A stretch of DNA of 64,000 nt, from NCBI GenBank assembly GCA_050246735.1, contig JBFWVM010000001.1, forward strand, positions 338,004 to 402,003, given 5' to 3'. The stretch comes from Parvibaculaceae bacterium (GTDB lineage Bacteria; Pseudomonadota; Alphaproteobacteria; Rhizobiales; Aestuariivirgaceae). Shown here one piece after another: positions 22,001-31,101 of the stretch; the first letter of the stretch is position 1, and each line of letters starts with the position of its first letter. Both the position numbers and the translations under genes were made by a program. Below the pieces are notes generated by a model. That model worked only from the letters and a program-made list of their open reading frames with translations, was not told the origin of the DNA and searched no databases.

Positions 22001-22404
22001 GCCTCGCGGAAGAGCTCGCGGTCCTCGGCCTTGTCGATGACGTCGGCCTTGGCGCCGATCATCTCGACGCCGAATTTCTCGAGCACCCCCATGCGGTTGA
22101 GGGAAAGCGCGGTGTTGAGCGCTGTCTGCCCGCCCATGGTCGGGAGCAGGGCGTCGGGGCGCTCCTTCTCGATGATGCGGGCGACGACTTCGGGCGTGAT
22201 CGGCTCGATATAGGTGGCATCCGCCAGATCCGGGTCGGTCATGATCGTGGCCGGATTGGAATTGACCAGGATCACCCGGTAGCCCTCGGCCTTCAGCGCC
22301 TTGCAGGCCTGGGTCCCGGAATAGTCGAACTCGCAGGCCTGGCCGATAATGATCGGTCCCGCCCCGATGATGAGGATGGATTTGATGTCTGTGCGTTTTG
22401 GCAT
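19018..22404 (-). CDS. carB: Carbamoyl-phosphate synthase large subunit
   Basis: [30 protein letters not shown]; two ATP-grasp halves; MGS domain. Confidence 0.98.
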   Translation of the reverse strand: MPKRTDIKSILIIGAGPIIIGQACEFDYSGTQACKALKAEGYRVILVNSNPATIMTDPDLADATYIEPITPEVVARIIEKERPDALLPTMGGQTALNTALSLNRMGVLEKFGVEMIGAKADVIDKAEDRELFREAMKKIGLETPRSMLANASALKEADREAFAAEAETLKGQGGDVEAFERQWTATEPERLKRYRNRALVEAFEAMLEIGLPCIIRPSFTLGGTGGGIAYNREEFFDIVESGLDASPTAEVLIEESVLGWKEYEMEVVRDRDDNCIIICSIENVDPMGVHTGDSITVAPALTLTDKEYQMMRNASVAVLREIGVETGGSNVQFAVNPQTGRLVVIEMNPRVSRSSALASKATGFPIAKVAARLAVGYTLDELANDITGGVTPASFEPTIDYVVTKIPRFAFEKFPGAEPTLTTAMKSVGEVMAIGRTFQESLQKALRGLETGLTGLNEIEIAGIGEDDDKNAIRAALAAPRPDRILKLAQALRLGATVEQIHAACKYDPWFIREIAQIVQTEEKIRAWGLPRDAVNFRALKAMGFSDRRLAELIRSSEDRVRAHRVKLGVRPVFKRIDTCAAEFASPTAYMYSTYETGLAGDDGNEARPSAKEKIVILGGGPNRIGQGIEFDYCCCHACFALHDAGYESIMVNCNPETVSTDYDTSDRLYFEPLTAEDVLEIIAAEQSNGRLKGVIVQFGGQTPLNLAHALESAGVPILGTTPDAIDLAEDRDRFARLLRKLRLRQPRNGIARSAAEARKIARSIGFPVVIRPSYVLGGRAMEIVRDEAQLARYITEAVVVSGDSPVLIDSYLSNAIEVDVDAIADGRDVFIAGVMEHIEEAGIHSGDSACSLPPYSLKSTIVHEIEKQAGELALALKVVGLMNVQFAVKDGEVYILEVNPRASRTVPFVAKVIGEPVAKIAARVMAGESLASFRLKPKKLTHVAVKEAVFPFNRFPGVDVLLGPEMRSTGEVMGLDRSYDMAFAKSQLGAGMRVPLAGTVFISVREADKPRILPAVRKLIDLGFRICATGGTQRFLEAKGLACTKVNKVLEGRPNVVDALKNGEIQLVLNTTESKVSESDSKPIRQTALLQKVPHYTTLPGILAVTKAIAAQKAGTLDVRPLQDYHA

Positions 22405-22474
22405 GCGAGGGGGTTCCCTACACGGGGAATCCCGCCAAGCCAAGGAGATTCCTGCCCTGCCGGCAAGGCCGAAA

Positions 22475-23047
22475 TCAGGGCCGCCGCTCCGAAAACAGGC
22501 AGCCTAGAAGATGTGCTTCCCGGCCGTCTTCCACGGCAAGTGTCATGACATCGCCGAACCGAGTTGTTCCGACGATGAAAGTGATCTCGCCGGGCGCAAA
22601 TAGATCGGAATGACGGCCGACGAACGCCGTCCCCTCCCATGCGAGTTTCTGGCGCAGGCGAGCCGGGTCGAATTCGAGCTCTTCTTTAGGTTTCAGGACA
22701 AGTGCGATCGTCATTTCGGTGGGCGTGAGGCGCTCGACGAAGGCCGCATAGAGGAACGACTTGTCCGTGAGGCGCAGAGCCCACTGACCTTGAAATTTTT
22801 TGATCTGCCAGGGCACGTTTCCCACGATCAATGTTTCCTTGACCAGATCGGGAGGGGCTATCGTTCCCGCAAGGTCCAGGGCCTGGTGTCGTTCAAAGGG
22901 AAGCCTGCGGGGCACCGCTCCGACATGGTCATCCAATGCGAAATTGAGGCAGCGGTCGAAAAGCTTGGCGTCATCCATTCCCCAAGCCGGGACACTGCCG
23001 ATCGCCGGCAAAAGCGCCAGGGACAATGATCGGACCAAATTGCGCAT
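22475..23047 (-). CDS. Hypothetical secreted protein (190 aa)
   Basis: Signal-like [23 protein letters not shown]; no family recognised. Confidence 0.55.
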   Translation of the reverse strand: MRNLVRSLSLALLPAIGSVPAWGMDDAKLFDRCLNFALDDHVGAVPRRLPFERHQALDLAGTIAPPDLVKETLIVGNVPWQIKKFQGQWALRLTDKSFLYAAFVERLTPTEMTIALVLKPKEELEFDPARLRQKLAWEGTAFVGRHSDLFAPGEITFIVGTTRFGDVMTLAVEDGREAHLLGCLFSERRP

Positions 23048-23100
23048 CGGCCACCCCCCGGGAATGATGACCGAAGTCTTCGCCCGCGATCGGGGCCGGA

Positions 23101-23418
23101 TTACGGCGTCGCGGTCTTGCCGTCGTCCGGAGCGGCCGCCACCGCCGATTCGCGGTTGATGCATTTGATCTGGCGGAAGACCTGCTTGCGGTCGGCGGTC
23201 CGCATCCGCTCATAGGTCAAGGCCTCGGCGAAGCCGTTGTCGCGGCACCAGGCATCGGCGGTCGGCTTGCCGCAGCTGGCGCGGTCCGACATGCACAGCG
23301 CCACCGGCCGGCCGGAGGCTTCCGGGTTGAAGAAGTTGCGGGTCGTCGATTCGGCCCCGGCCAGGGACACGGACAAGGTCAGGGCGGTGGCGATCAGGAC
23401 GGGCAGACGGACGGACAT
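23101..23418 (-). CDS. Small secreted 4-Cys protein (105 aa)
   Basis: Signal peptide; C-x6-CGKPTADAWC...C; GGAG upstream. Confidence 0.7.
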   Translation of the reverse strand: MSVRLPVLIATALTLSVSLAGAESTTRNFFNPEASGRPVALCMSDRASCGKPTADAWCRDNGFAEALTYERMRTADRKQVFRQIKCINRESAVAAAPDDGKTATP

Positions 23419-23466
23419 GACGATACTCCAGCGTGACGCTTTTGCCACAGCATTGCATAAATGACG

Positions 23467-23495
23467 CTGAACGGGGGCTTCATCCGTCGTTCATC
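23467..23495. promoter_or_regulatory. Shared motif copy A: CTGAA-N7-TTCATC-N5-TTCATC
   Basis: 23/29 identical to 26772-26800 with identical spacing. Confidence 0.6.
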
Positions 23496-23555
23496 GTTGA
23501 CGAAAAGCCGGCCATCCGGCGATTGATGGAGTATTAACGTTCTTTGGGGCGCGTC

Positions 23556-24146
23556 ATGCAAATGAAATCATTGAGATTAACCGGCATCGTCGCCATTGCG
23601 GCCGGGCTTGCGGCATTTTCGCCCGCCATGGCCGAGCGCGGCGAGGGCGCCTATTCGGCGGTCAGGACCAATTTCATCGGCGGCGCCTACACCTACAAGC
23701 TCGATCCCCGTTTCAATCGCAAGGAAGTCGCCTACGCCACGAGCGAGAAGCCGGGCACCATCGTCATCGAGACGCGCAAGCGCTTCCTCTACCTGGTGCT
23801 CGCCGACGGCAAGGCGCTGCGCTACGGCATCGGGGTCGGGCGCTCGGGCTTCACCTGGAAGGGCACCGAGCGCATCAGCCGCAAGGCGGAATGGCCCGAC
23901 TGGCGCCCGCCAGCGGAAATGCTGGAGCGCCAGCCCGGCCTGCCGGAATTCATGGAAGGCGGACCCGGCAATCCGCTGGGCGCGCGGGCTCTCTATCTCG
24001 GCGCCACCGAATACCGCATCCATGGCACGGCACAGCCCTGGACCATCGGCCGCGCCGTCTCCTCGGGATGCATCCGCCTCACCAACGAGGACGTGATCGA
24101 CCTCTATGGCCGCGCCAGGGTCGGCGCCAAGGTCATCGTGAACTGA
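23556..24146 (+). CDS. L,D-transpeptidase (ErfK/YbiS family)
   Basis: NPLGARALYL, YRIHGT, IGRAVSSGCIRL. Confidence 0.95.
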   Translation: MQMKSLRLTGIVAIAAGLAAFSPAMAERGEGAYSAVRTNFIGGAYTYKLDPRFNRKEVAYATSEKPGTIVIETRKRFLYLVLADGKALRYGIGVGRSGFTWKGTERISRKAEWPDWRPPAEMLERQPGLPEFMEGGPGNPLGARALYLGATEYRIHGTAQPWTIGRAVSSGCIRLTNEDVIDLYGRARVGAKVIVN

Positions 24147-25539
24147 GCGCCCTGTCGAGCACCGTGAACAGCCGGTGCGATCGCGACTGCGCCACGTTGA
24201 AGCGCATGTAGCTCCTCGCCGACTGCGACGGGCTGAACACGTTGCCCGGCGCCAGCACGACATTCTCGGCCAGGGCGCGCCGGGCCAGGTCGGCCGAATC
24301 GAGTCCGCCGGGAAGCTTCATCCACAGGAACATGCCGCCCTTCGGCTCGTGCCAGGGCGTGAAGCCCAGGGCCTTCAGACGCTCCAGCGTCTCGCCCATC
24401 GCCTGCGCCAGGCGCCGGTTGAGGGCGTCCACATGCTTGCGGTAGAAGCCGTCGCCGAGCACGGCGAAGACCAGCTCGGCTGCGAACGGATCGCTGCCGA
24501 ACGAGGTGGCGAGCTTCATGTCGATGAGCCCCTCGATCCATTCGGCGCGGGCGGCGATGAAGCCCGAGCGCAGGGCGGCGGAGAGCGTCTTGGAGAAGCT
24601 GCCGATATGGATGACGCGCTCGAGCCCGTCGAAGGCGGCGAGGCACGGCCCGGCCTCGCGCTCGAAATCCATGAAGATGCCGTCCTCGACGACGGTGAGG
24701 CCATGCGCCTCGGCGAGGTTGAGCAGGCGATGGGCGTTGGCGGGCGAGAGCGCGGCGCCCGTCGGGTTGTGCAGCGCGGAATTGGTGATGTAGAGGCGCG
24801 GGCGATGCTCGGCGAGGATCCGGGCGAAGTTCTCCGGGTCCGGCCCCGAAGGCGTGTAGGCGACGCTGACGATGCGCGCGCGATGGGCGCGCAGCATGGC
24901 GAGGAAATTGAAATAGCAGGGATCGTCGACCAGCACGGTGTCGTCGGGCCCGACGAGGACGCGGCAGACGACGTCGATGGCCTGCGTGGCGCTGTCGGTG
25001 AGAAGGATCTGGTCGGGCGAAGCGGCGATGCCTTGCTCGCCCAGGCGCCGCGACAGCCATTGGCGCAAGGGAGCGAGGCCGCGCGGCTCGCCATAGTCGG
25101 TGAGGCAGGAAGCAGGACCGCGCCGCGCCAGGCCGCGCATCGCCTTGAGCAGCGCCTCCTGCGGCAGCCATGACGCCGGCAGCCAGCCGCAGCCGGGCTT
25201 CAGCATCCTGTCGCCCGCCTCGAGCGACTGGCGCGACACCCACAGGGGATCGATGGCGCGGTCGAGCTTCGGACCGATCTCGGCCAGGTTCAGCGGCGGC
25301 GCCGCGCCCGCCACGAAGAAGCCCGATCCGCGGCGCGAGGCGATGGTGCCGTCAGCCACCAGCCGGTCATAGGCGTCGACCACGGTCGACTTGGAGACGC
25401 CCTGCGACTGGGCGAAGCTGCGGATGGAGGGCAGCCTGCCGCCGGGCTTGAGGAGGCGGGCCGCGATGCGGTCGCGGATCGCCTGCATGACCTGCTCGAC
25501 GCGGGTCCCAGGCAGGCCTGAGGACGGGCGATAATCCAT
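24133..25539 (-). CDS. MocR/GabR family GntR-aminotransferase regulator
   Basis: wHTH LPSIRSFA...VSKSTVVDAY; GSFSKTL PLP lysine. Confidence 0.93.
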   Translation of the reverse strand: MDYRPSSGLPGTRVEQVMQAIRDRIAARLLKPGGRLPSIRSFAQSQGVSKSTVVDAYDRLVADGTIASRRGSGFFVAGAAPPLNLAEIGPKLDRAIDPLWVSRQSLEAGDRMLKPGCGWLPASWLPQEALLKAMRGLARRGPASCLTDYGEPRGLAPLRQWLSRRLGEQGIAASPDQILLTDSATQAIDVVCRVLVGPDDTVLVDDPCYFNFLAMLRAHRARIVSVAYTPSGPDPENFARILAEHRPRLYITNSALHNPTGAALSPANAHRLLNLAEAHGLTVVEDGIFMDFEREAGPCLAAFDGLERVIHIGSFSKTLSAALRSGFIAARAEWIEGLIDMKLATSFGSDPFAAELVFAVLGDGFYRKHVDALNRRLAQAMGETLERLKALGFTPWHEPKGGMFLWMKLPGGLDSADLARRALAENVVLAPGNVFSPSQSARSYMRFNVAQSRSHRLFTVLDRALSSR

Positions 25540-25627
25540 CTGTATGGGTTCTGTCATCAATACAGTTCGGTCCGATTGTACTCCTCTGTCTCTGGAGATG
25601 CCAAGGCCGGCGCGCCAGGAAAGGGTC

Positions 25628-26488
25628 ATGGACAAAACCCTCATCGGCTGGATCAACGGATTTGCCGGGGTCGTGATCTTCTCGGCCTCGCTGCCGGCGA
25701 CGCGCGCGGCGGTCGCCGATTTCGATCCGGTCTTCCTCACCGTGGCGCGGGCCTCGATCGCGGCCGTGCTGGCGATCCTCGTCCTCCTGGCCTTCCGGCA
25801 GGAGCGGCCGCGGCGCTGCGATATCGTCCCGCTCCTGGTGACCGCCCTGGGCGTGGTCATCGGCTTCCCGCTGCTGACGGCGCTCGCCCTCCAGCACGTC
25901 ACGGCCGCCCATTCGATCGTGTTCGTCGGTCTCTTGCCGCTCGCGACGGCGTTCTTCGCGGTGCTGCGCGGCGGCGAGCGCCCGCGGCCGGCCTTCTGGC
26001 TCTTCTCGGCGCTCGGCAGCGCGCTGGTGGTAGGCTTCGCGCTGGCGCAAGGGGTTCGGGCCGCCCCTCGAGGCGACCTGCTGATGCTCGGCGCGATCAT
26101 CGCCTGCGGCCTCGGCTATGCCGAAGGGGCGCGCCTGTCACGCCGGCTCGGCGGCTGGCAGGTGATCTGCTGGGCGCTGGTCATGGCGTTGCCGGTGATG
26201 GGGCTGATCGCCGTCCATGAGCGGCCCGCAAGCTGGACCGGGATCGGCGTGCCGGCCTGGATCGGCCTCGCCTATGTCTCGGTCTTCAGCATGCTGGTCG
26301 GCTTCTTCTTCTGGTACCGGGGCCTGGCGCTGGGCGGCATCGCCGCCGTCGGCCAGTTGCAGCTGTTGCAGCCCTTCTTCGGCCTGGTGCTGGCCGCCCT
26401 CCTGCTTCACGAAAAGGTGAGCGCCGCCATGCTGGCCGTCACGCTGGGCATTGTCGTCTGTGTCGCCGGGGCGAAGCGATTCGCCTGA
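25628..26488 (+). CDS. EamA/DMT transporter
   Basis: About 10 hydrophobic segments; GQLQLLQPFFG; divergent from MocR. Confidence 0.92.
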   Translation: MDKTLIGWINGFAGVVIFSASLPATRAAVADFDPVFLTVARASIAAVLAILVLLAFRQERPRRCDIVPLLVTALGVVIGFPLLTALALQHVTAAHSIVFVGLLPLATAFFAVLRGGERPRPAFWLFSALGSALVVGFALAQGVRAAPRGDLLMLGAIIACGLGYAEGARLSRRLGGWQVICWALVMALPVMGLIAVHERPASWTGIGVPAWIGLAYVSVFSMLVGFFFWYRGLALGGIAAVGQLQLLQPFFGLVLAALLLHEKVSAAMLAVTLGIVVCVAGAKRFA

Positions 26489-26686
26489 TCAGGCGTCGAA
26501 GCAGCCATCCTCGGCGCAGGGCTCGAGCGTCATCGGATGACGGGCCGGCCAGGCCTGGTTCTTCGTCATCACGGTAATGTTCGCCTTCCTGACCTCGGCG
26601 CGCAGATAGGCGCGGTTGTCACTGGCGAAAGCTCCGGCATTGAGCATCAGACCGGCCAGGAGCACGGTGGCGACAGCGGTTCTCAT
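26489..26686 (-). CDS. Small secreted protein (65 aa) with C-terminal CxxxxC
   Basis: MRTAVATVLLAGLMLNAGAFA signal; SD GAGAGGG; ends PCAEDGCFDA. Confidence 0.7.
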   Translation of the reverse strand: MRTAVATVLLAGLMLNAGAFASDNRAYLRAEVRKANITVMTKNQAWPARHPMTLEPCAEDGCFDA

Positions 26687-26736
26687 AAGCCCTCTCAGCG
26701 GCACTCAAGGACATTGCACATATTGCAAGCCTAACT

Positions 26737-26752
26737 TGCAAGTCTAATGCCA
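26737..26752 (-). promoter_or_regulatory. Candidate sigma-54 -24/-12 promoter
   Basis: Minus strand TGGCATTAGACTTGCA fits TGGCAC-N5-TTGCW with correct spacing and one mismatch. Confidence 0.6.
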
Positions 26753-26771
26753 TGGCACCCTCGAACCCGGC

Positions 26772-26800
26772 CTGAATGGGCCGTTCATCTGCCGTTCATC
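26772..26800. promoter_or_regulatory. Shared motif copy B
   Basis: CTGAATGGGCCGTTCATCTGCCGTTCATC. Confidence 0.6.
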
Positions 26801-26824
26801 TGGGGAATCCGGTGTCCCTGCGCG

Positions 26825-26852
26825 AAAAAAGGCCCCCCTTTTCAGGGGGGCC
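26825..26852 (-). terminator. Rho-independent terminator
   Basis: Minus strand GGCCCCCC-TGAAAA-GGGGGGCC-TTTTTT. Confidence 0.85.
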
Positions 26853-26982
26853 AGGTAAGCGGCTCTGCGAGGGGATCGGGGGGACAGTGAGCCGCTGGGG
26901 AGGAAGGTTCCGGAAAGCAGATACGCTGTCTGCGAGAGGGGCGGGTGTTAGACCGCGCAACCGCTTTCCGGAATTCGGGAAC

Positions 26983-27045
26983 CTAACGGAGACTTGGGAC
27001 GCCCGCGGCGGCGGGCTGTACTGCAGGGGCCGGTGATCTGCGCAT
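26983..27045 (-). CDS. Candidate 20-aa small ORF MRRSPAPAVQPAAAGVPSLR
   Basis: GGAGG 5 nt upstream of ATG; TAG stop just before the first stem. Confidence 0.35.
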   Translation of the reverse strand: MRRSPAPAVQPAAAGVPSLR

Positions 27046-27107
27046 CTCGTCCTCCGGGGTGAATCTCTAGCGTGCAAGCAAGCTAGCCGGGCGCGCCGTA
27101 ATCGACC

Positions 27108-27136
27108 CTGAACGGCGCATTCATCCTGCGTTTAGG
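27108..27136. promoter_or_regulatory. Shared motif copy C (second TTCATC degenerate)
   Basis: CTGAACGGCGCATTCATCCTGCGTTTAGG. Confidence 0.45.
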
Positions 27137-27258
27137 TTTTTGAACGTTGCGTCAACAGTTGCGGTCAAATCGCCGGCCTCGCAGCGGGGGCCGTCTGCGG
27201 CCAGATAGCGCGGTCCCGCCGCAGCGACTTGGTCTAGTCTCCCCGCCAAGAGGTGCCC

Positions 27259-28692
27259 ATGGCGGACGAACTCAACTGGCTGAACGCGACCGCGCTCGTG
27301 AAAGCGTTCCGGAAACGGAAGCTCTCGCCCGTCGACGTTCTCCGCGCCTGCCTCGACCAGATCGCGCGGCACGACGGCAGGCTCAACGCCATGTGCCTCG
27401 TCGACGAGAAGTCGGCCATGAGGCAGGCCAGGGCCAGCGAAGCGCGCTGGCGCAAGGGCGCGCCGCTCGGCGCCGTCGACGGCGTGCCGGTGCTGGTCAA
27501 GGACCTGATCCTCGTCAGGGGCTGGCCGACGCTGCGCGGCTCGAAGACGGTCGAGCGCGACCAGGCCTGGGATGAGGACGGTCCGTCGGTCGCGCGCCTG
27601 CGCGAGGCGGGAGCCGTCCTCGTCGGCCTCACCACCACGCCGGAATTCGGCTGGAAGGGCGTGACCGATTCTCCGCTCACCGGCATCACGCGCAATCCCT
27701 GGGACGTGACCAGGACGCCGGGCGGCTCCTCCGGGGGCTCAGCGGCCGGGATCGCCGCGGGCTATGCGCCTCTGGCGCTCGGCACCGATGGCGGCGGCTC
27801 GATCCGCATACCGGCCGGCTTCTCCGGCATAGTCGGCCTGAAGCCGTCCTTCGGCCGCGTGCCCGCATGGCCGCTCTCGCCCTTCGGCACCGTCTCCCAT
27901 ACGGGACCGATGACGCGCAGCGCCGCGGACGCGGCCCTCATGCTCACCGTCATCGCCAGGCCCGATGTGCGCGACTGGCATTCGCTGCCCTATGATCCGC
28001 GCGACTATGGCAAGGCGTTCGGCAAGGGCGTCAAGGGCCTGCGCGTCGCCTTCAGCCCGGCGCTCGGCCATGCCGAGGTCGATCCGGAAGTCGCCGGCGC
28101 CGTGAAGACGGCGGTCAGGGTGCTGCGCGGCCTCGGCGCCAGGGTCGACACGGTCGATCCGGGCTTCGCCGATCCCGCGCCCACGTTCCGGGTCCTGTGG
28201 TGGTGGGGAGCGCGCGCTCTGCTCGCGCGCCTGCCGGAAGACAGGAAGGCGCTGCTCGATCCGGGGCTTGCGGATGTGGTGAGGCAGTCGCTCGCGATCA
28301 CCCCGGAGGAGTATTTCGACGCGGTCAAGGCGCGCGGCGCGCTCGGCGTCGAGATGCGCCGGTTCATGCAGAAATACGATCTCCTGGTCACGCCCACTCT
28401 GCCGATCCCCGCCTTCGAAGCCGGCAGACTGTCGCCGGCCGACACTGACGGCACCGGCAAATGGGTGAACTGGACGCCGTTCAGCTATCCCTTCAACCTG
28501 ACCCAGCAGCCGGCGGCGAGCGTGCCTTGCGGCTTCACCAAAGCGGGCCTGCCGATCGGGCTTCACATCGTCGGGCGGATGTTCGACGACGAAGGCGTGC
28601 TGCGCGCCGCCCACGCCTATGAAGAGGCGGGCGGCTGGAGCGGCAGGCGTCCGCCATTGCCGGGCGCCGGCACGTTAGCGGAGAAGACATGA
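27259..28692 (+). CDS. Amidase-signature family amidase
   Basis: VKDL Lys; GGSSGGS; GTDGGGSIRIPA. Confidence 0.95.
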   Translation: MADELNWLNATALVKAFRKRKLSPVDVLRACLDQIARHDGRLNAMCLVDEKSAMRQARASEARWRKGAPLGAVDGVPVLVKDLILVRGWPTLRGSKTVERDQAWDEDGPSVARLREAGAVLVGLTTTPEFGWKGVTDSPLTGITRNPWDVTRTPGGSSGGSAAGIAAGYAPLALGTDGGGSIRIPAGFSGIVGLKPSFGRVPAWPLSPFGTVSHTGPMTRSAADAALMLTVIARPDVRDWHSLPYDPRDYGKAFGKGVKGLRVAFSPALGHAEVDPEVAGAVKTAVRVLRGLGARVDTVDPGFADPAPTFRVLWWWGARALLARLPEDRKALLDPGLADVVRQSLAITPEEYFDAVKARGALGVEMRRFMQKYDLLVTPTLPIPAFEAGRLSPADTDGTGKWVNWTPFSYPFNLTQQPAASVPCGFTKAGLPIGLHIVGRMFDDEGVLRAAHAYEEAGGWSGRRPPLPGAGTLAEKT

Positions 28693-29099
28693 GAGGGAGA
28701 AGCTTCCTCGAGGTCTTGCGGCACGGGCGGGCCAGCTGGTCCATCGCCGCGCTCTATGTCCTCCTGCTCCCGATCCTGCTCGGCATTCTGCCGAAGCCTG
28801 AGCCCACCGCGGAGTTTCTTCTGCTGCGCGATCTCGCGACCGCGGAGATCTGCGCCATGCCGGGCTCGGGTGCCGCACCCGGCCAGCCCGCGCAGCATCA
28901 GCCCGATTGCATTCTATGCCCGGCAGCCTGCCTCTGTGCCGGGGCCTCGGCGCCGCTGCCGCCGCCGACCGCTGCCGCGGCTGAACCTTTCTTCGTCCGC
29001 CTCGCCCTCGCCGTGCCGGGGCCCCGGGACTTCGCGCTGCCGGCCTCGCGGCTCTTCGTCTCGGATATCCAGTCGAGGGGGCCTCCCAGCCTCGCCTGA
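28689..29099 (+). CDS. DUF2946-like protein, CruR/CutF-type uORF candidate
   Basis: N-terminal TM/signal; HQPDCILCPAAC; Pro-rich linker; C-terminal QSRGPP. Confidence 0.75.
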   Translation: MRGRSFLEVLRHGRASWSIAALYVLLLPILLGILPKPEPTAEFLLLRDLATAEICAMPGSGAAPGQPAQHQPDCILCPAACLCAGASAPLPPPTAAAAEPFFVRLALAVPGPRDFALPASRLFVSDIQSRGPPSLA

Positions 29100-29223
29100 C
29101 GGCTTCCTGCGATCCGGCGCACTGAACAGGCGTGCCCCGCGAAGCTGGAACCTTTTTCCATCCGCAGTGATCAAATGACGTGCGCAGGCCCTGCGCCGTC
29201 CGCCATGTCTCATGGAGAACTTC

Positions 29224-30594
29224 ATGTCCGTCGCCGAGCTGCCGCAGCAATACGCGGCCCAATCGCCGTCTCCGGCGCTCTATCGCGCCGTCTGGAGATG
29301 GCACTTCTATGCCGGGCTCCTGGTGCTGCCCTTCCTCGTCTCGCTCGCCGTCACCGGCAGCCTCTATCTGTTCAAGGACGAGATCAACGCGATCGTCTAT
29401 GCCGACGAGCTCTATGTCGCGCCAAGCAATGCGCCGGCCCTGCCGCCTTCCGAGATCGTGAAGCGGGCGCAGGCCGCTTTCCCGGGAAAGCCTTTCCGCT
29501 ATGCGCCGGCGGAAGCGGCCGACCGCTCCGCCGAAGTCGGAATCGAAACCCCGGCGCAGGGCCGGCTTTCGGTCTTCGTCGATCCACGCACGGGAGATGT
29601 CGTCGGAAGCTTTGCCGATTCCGGGCCAGCGCGCACGCCCCTGATGGCGTTCGTCAGGAAGATCCACAGTCTCGATTATTTCGGCTGGCTGCCCAACCGC
29701 GTCATCGAGACCGTGGCGGGCTGGACGCTCGTCCTGGTCGTCACCGGCTTCTATCTGTGGTGGCCGCGCGGCCAGAAAGGCGGCGTGGTGAGCGTGCGCG
29801 CCGCGCCGCGCGCGCGCGTCTTCTGGCGCGATCTCCACGCCGTGACCGGCGCCGCCGTCGGCGCGATCATCTTCTTCCTCGCGGCCACCGGCCTGCCGTG
29901 GTCCGGCTTCTGGGGCGCCAACCTCAACAAATATGCCGATCGATACGGCCTGGGCTATCCGGCGCAGTTCTGGAACGAGGTGCCGAAATCGGACGAGCAT
30001 GCGGGCCATGTCATGACCCAGACCTCGTGGTCGCTGGAGAACACGCCGATGCCCGCGAGCCACATGGCCATGAGCGGGCCGATCGGGATCGACAAGGCGG
30101 TCGCCGTCTTCGACGGCCTCGGCATCCGCAAGGGCTATCTCATCGACCTGCCGAAGGATCCGACCGGGGTCTATTCCGCCTCGGTCTTTCCCGACGAGGT
30201 CGAGGACGAGCGCGTCGTCCATCTCGACCAGTATACGGGCAAGCCCCTGTTCGACGGCGGCTTCAGGGAGCTGGGCCCGGTCGGCAAGACGATCGAATTC
30301 GGCATCAGCGTGCATCAGGGCCAGGAGTTCGGCCGCATCAACCAGCTGGTGATGCTCGGCGCCTGCCTCGCCATCGTCCTGATGGCCGTGTCGGCCGTGG
30401 TGATGTGGTGGAAGCGGCGTCCCGAGGGCACCCTCGGCGCTCCGAAATATCCCGACGACTATCGCGTGCCGCGCACCATCCTCGTCATCGCCTGCGTCAT
30501 GGGCGTCGTCTTCCCGCTGGTCGGGCTGACCCTCCTCGCAGCGCTCACCGCCGATCTCATGCTCCAGGCCTGCGTCAAGCGGCGCCTGGCCTGA
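29224..30594 (+). CDS. PepSY-associated TM helix protein
   Basis: YRAVWRWHFYAG, RDLHAVTG, SVHQG, WWKRRP; alternative start at 29212. Confidence 0.92.
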   Translation: MSVAELPQQYAAQSPSPALYRAVWRWHFYAGLLVLPFLVSLAVTGSLYLFKDEINAIVYADELYVAPSNAPALPPSEIVKRAQAAFPGKPFRYAPAEAADRSAEVGIETPAQGRLSVFVDPRTGDVVGSFADSGPARTPLMAFVRKIHSLDYFGWLPNRVIETVAGWTLVLVVTGFYLWWPRGQKGGVVSVRAAPRARVFWRDLHAVTGAAVGAIIFFLAATGLPWSGFWGANLNKYADRYGLGYPAQFWNEVPKSDEHAGHVMTQTSWSLENTPMPASHMAMSGPIGIDKAVAVFDGLGIRKGYLIDLPKDPTGVYSASVFPDEVEDERVVHLDQYTGKPLFDGGFRELGPVGKTIEFGISVHQGQEFGRINQLVMLGACLAIVLMAVSAVVMWWKRRPEGTLGAPKYPDDYRVPRTILVIACVMGVVFPLVGLTLLAALTADLMLQACVKRRLA

Positions 30595-30617
30595 CCCCCA
30601 CAAAGGAATTTTCCACC

Positions 30618-31100
30618 ATGAAACTCGTCAAGCATCTTCTCGCCGCCGTCATATTGTCCTGCGCCGCACTCTGGACGACCGCCGCCGGGGCGCATGACTA
30701 CAAAGCGGGCGCGCTCGTCATCAGCCATCCGTGGACGCCCATGCCGCCGGCCGGCGCCAGGGTCGCCGCAGGATATTTCAAGATCACCAATCAGGGCAAG
30801 GAGGACGACCGGCTCGTGGCGGTCAGCGCCGCGATCGCCGGCAGGATCCAGATCCACGGCATGACCGTCGAGAACGGCGTCATGAAGATGTTCGCGCTTG
30901 CGGACGGCCTCGTCATTCCGGCCGGACAATCGGTCGTGCTCAAGTCCGGATCGAGCCACGTGATGTTCATGGACCTCAAGGCGCTGCCGCCGGAAGGCGA
31001 GAGCTTCAAGGCGGTGCTCACCTTCGCGAAGGTCGGCGAGGTGCCGGTCGAATTCAGAATCGAGCCGATGGGCGGCGGGCACGATCACGGAGAGATGTGA
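30618..31100 (+). CDS. PCu(A)C copper chaperone
   Basis: Signal peptide; IHGM..ENGVMKM...HVM metal motif. Confidence 0.92.
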   Translation: MKLVKHLLAAVILSCAALWTTAAGAHDYKAGALVISHPWTPMPPAGARVAAGYFKITNQGKEDDRLVAVSAAIAGRIQIHGMTVENGVMKMFALADGLVIPAGQSVVLKSGSSHVMFMDLKALPPEGESFKAVLTFAKVGEVPVEFRIEPMGGGHDHGEM

Positions 31101-31101
31101 C

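Larger units (their letters stand above)
26825..27065 (-). ncRNA. Candidate structured sRNA with C/U-rich loops
   Basis: Stems 26908-26918/26963-26973 and 26858-26865/26889-26896; linker CCTTCCTCCCC; own terminator; 5' end is an estimate. Confidence 0.5.

Noticed and set aside
20278-22548. Long antisense ORFs here and over rpoD, the OYE gene and others
   Set aside because: Shadow frames caused by high GC3 opposite real genes; no motifs or RBS.
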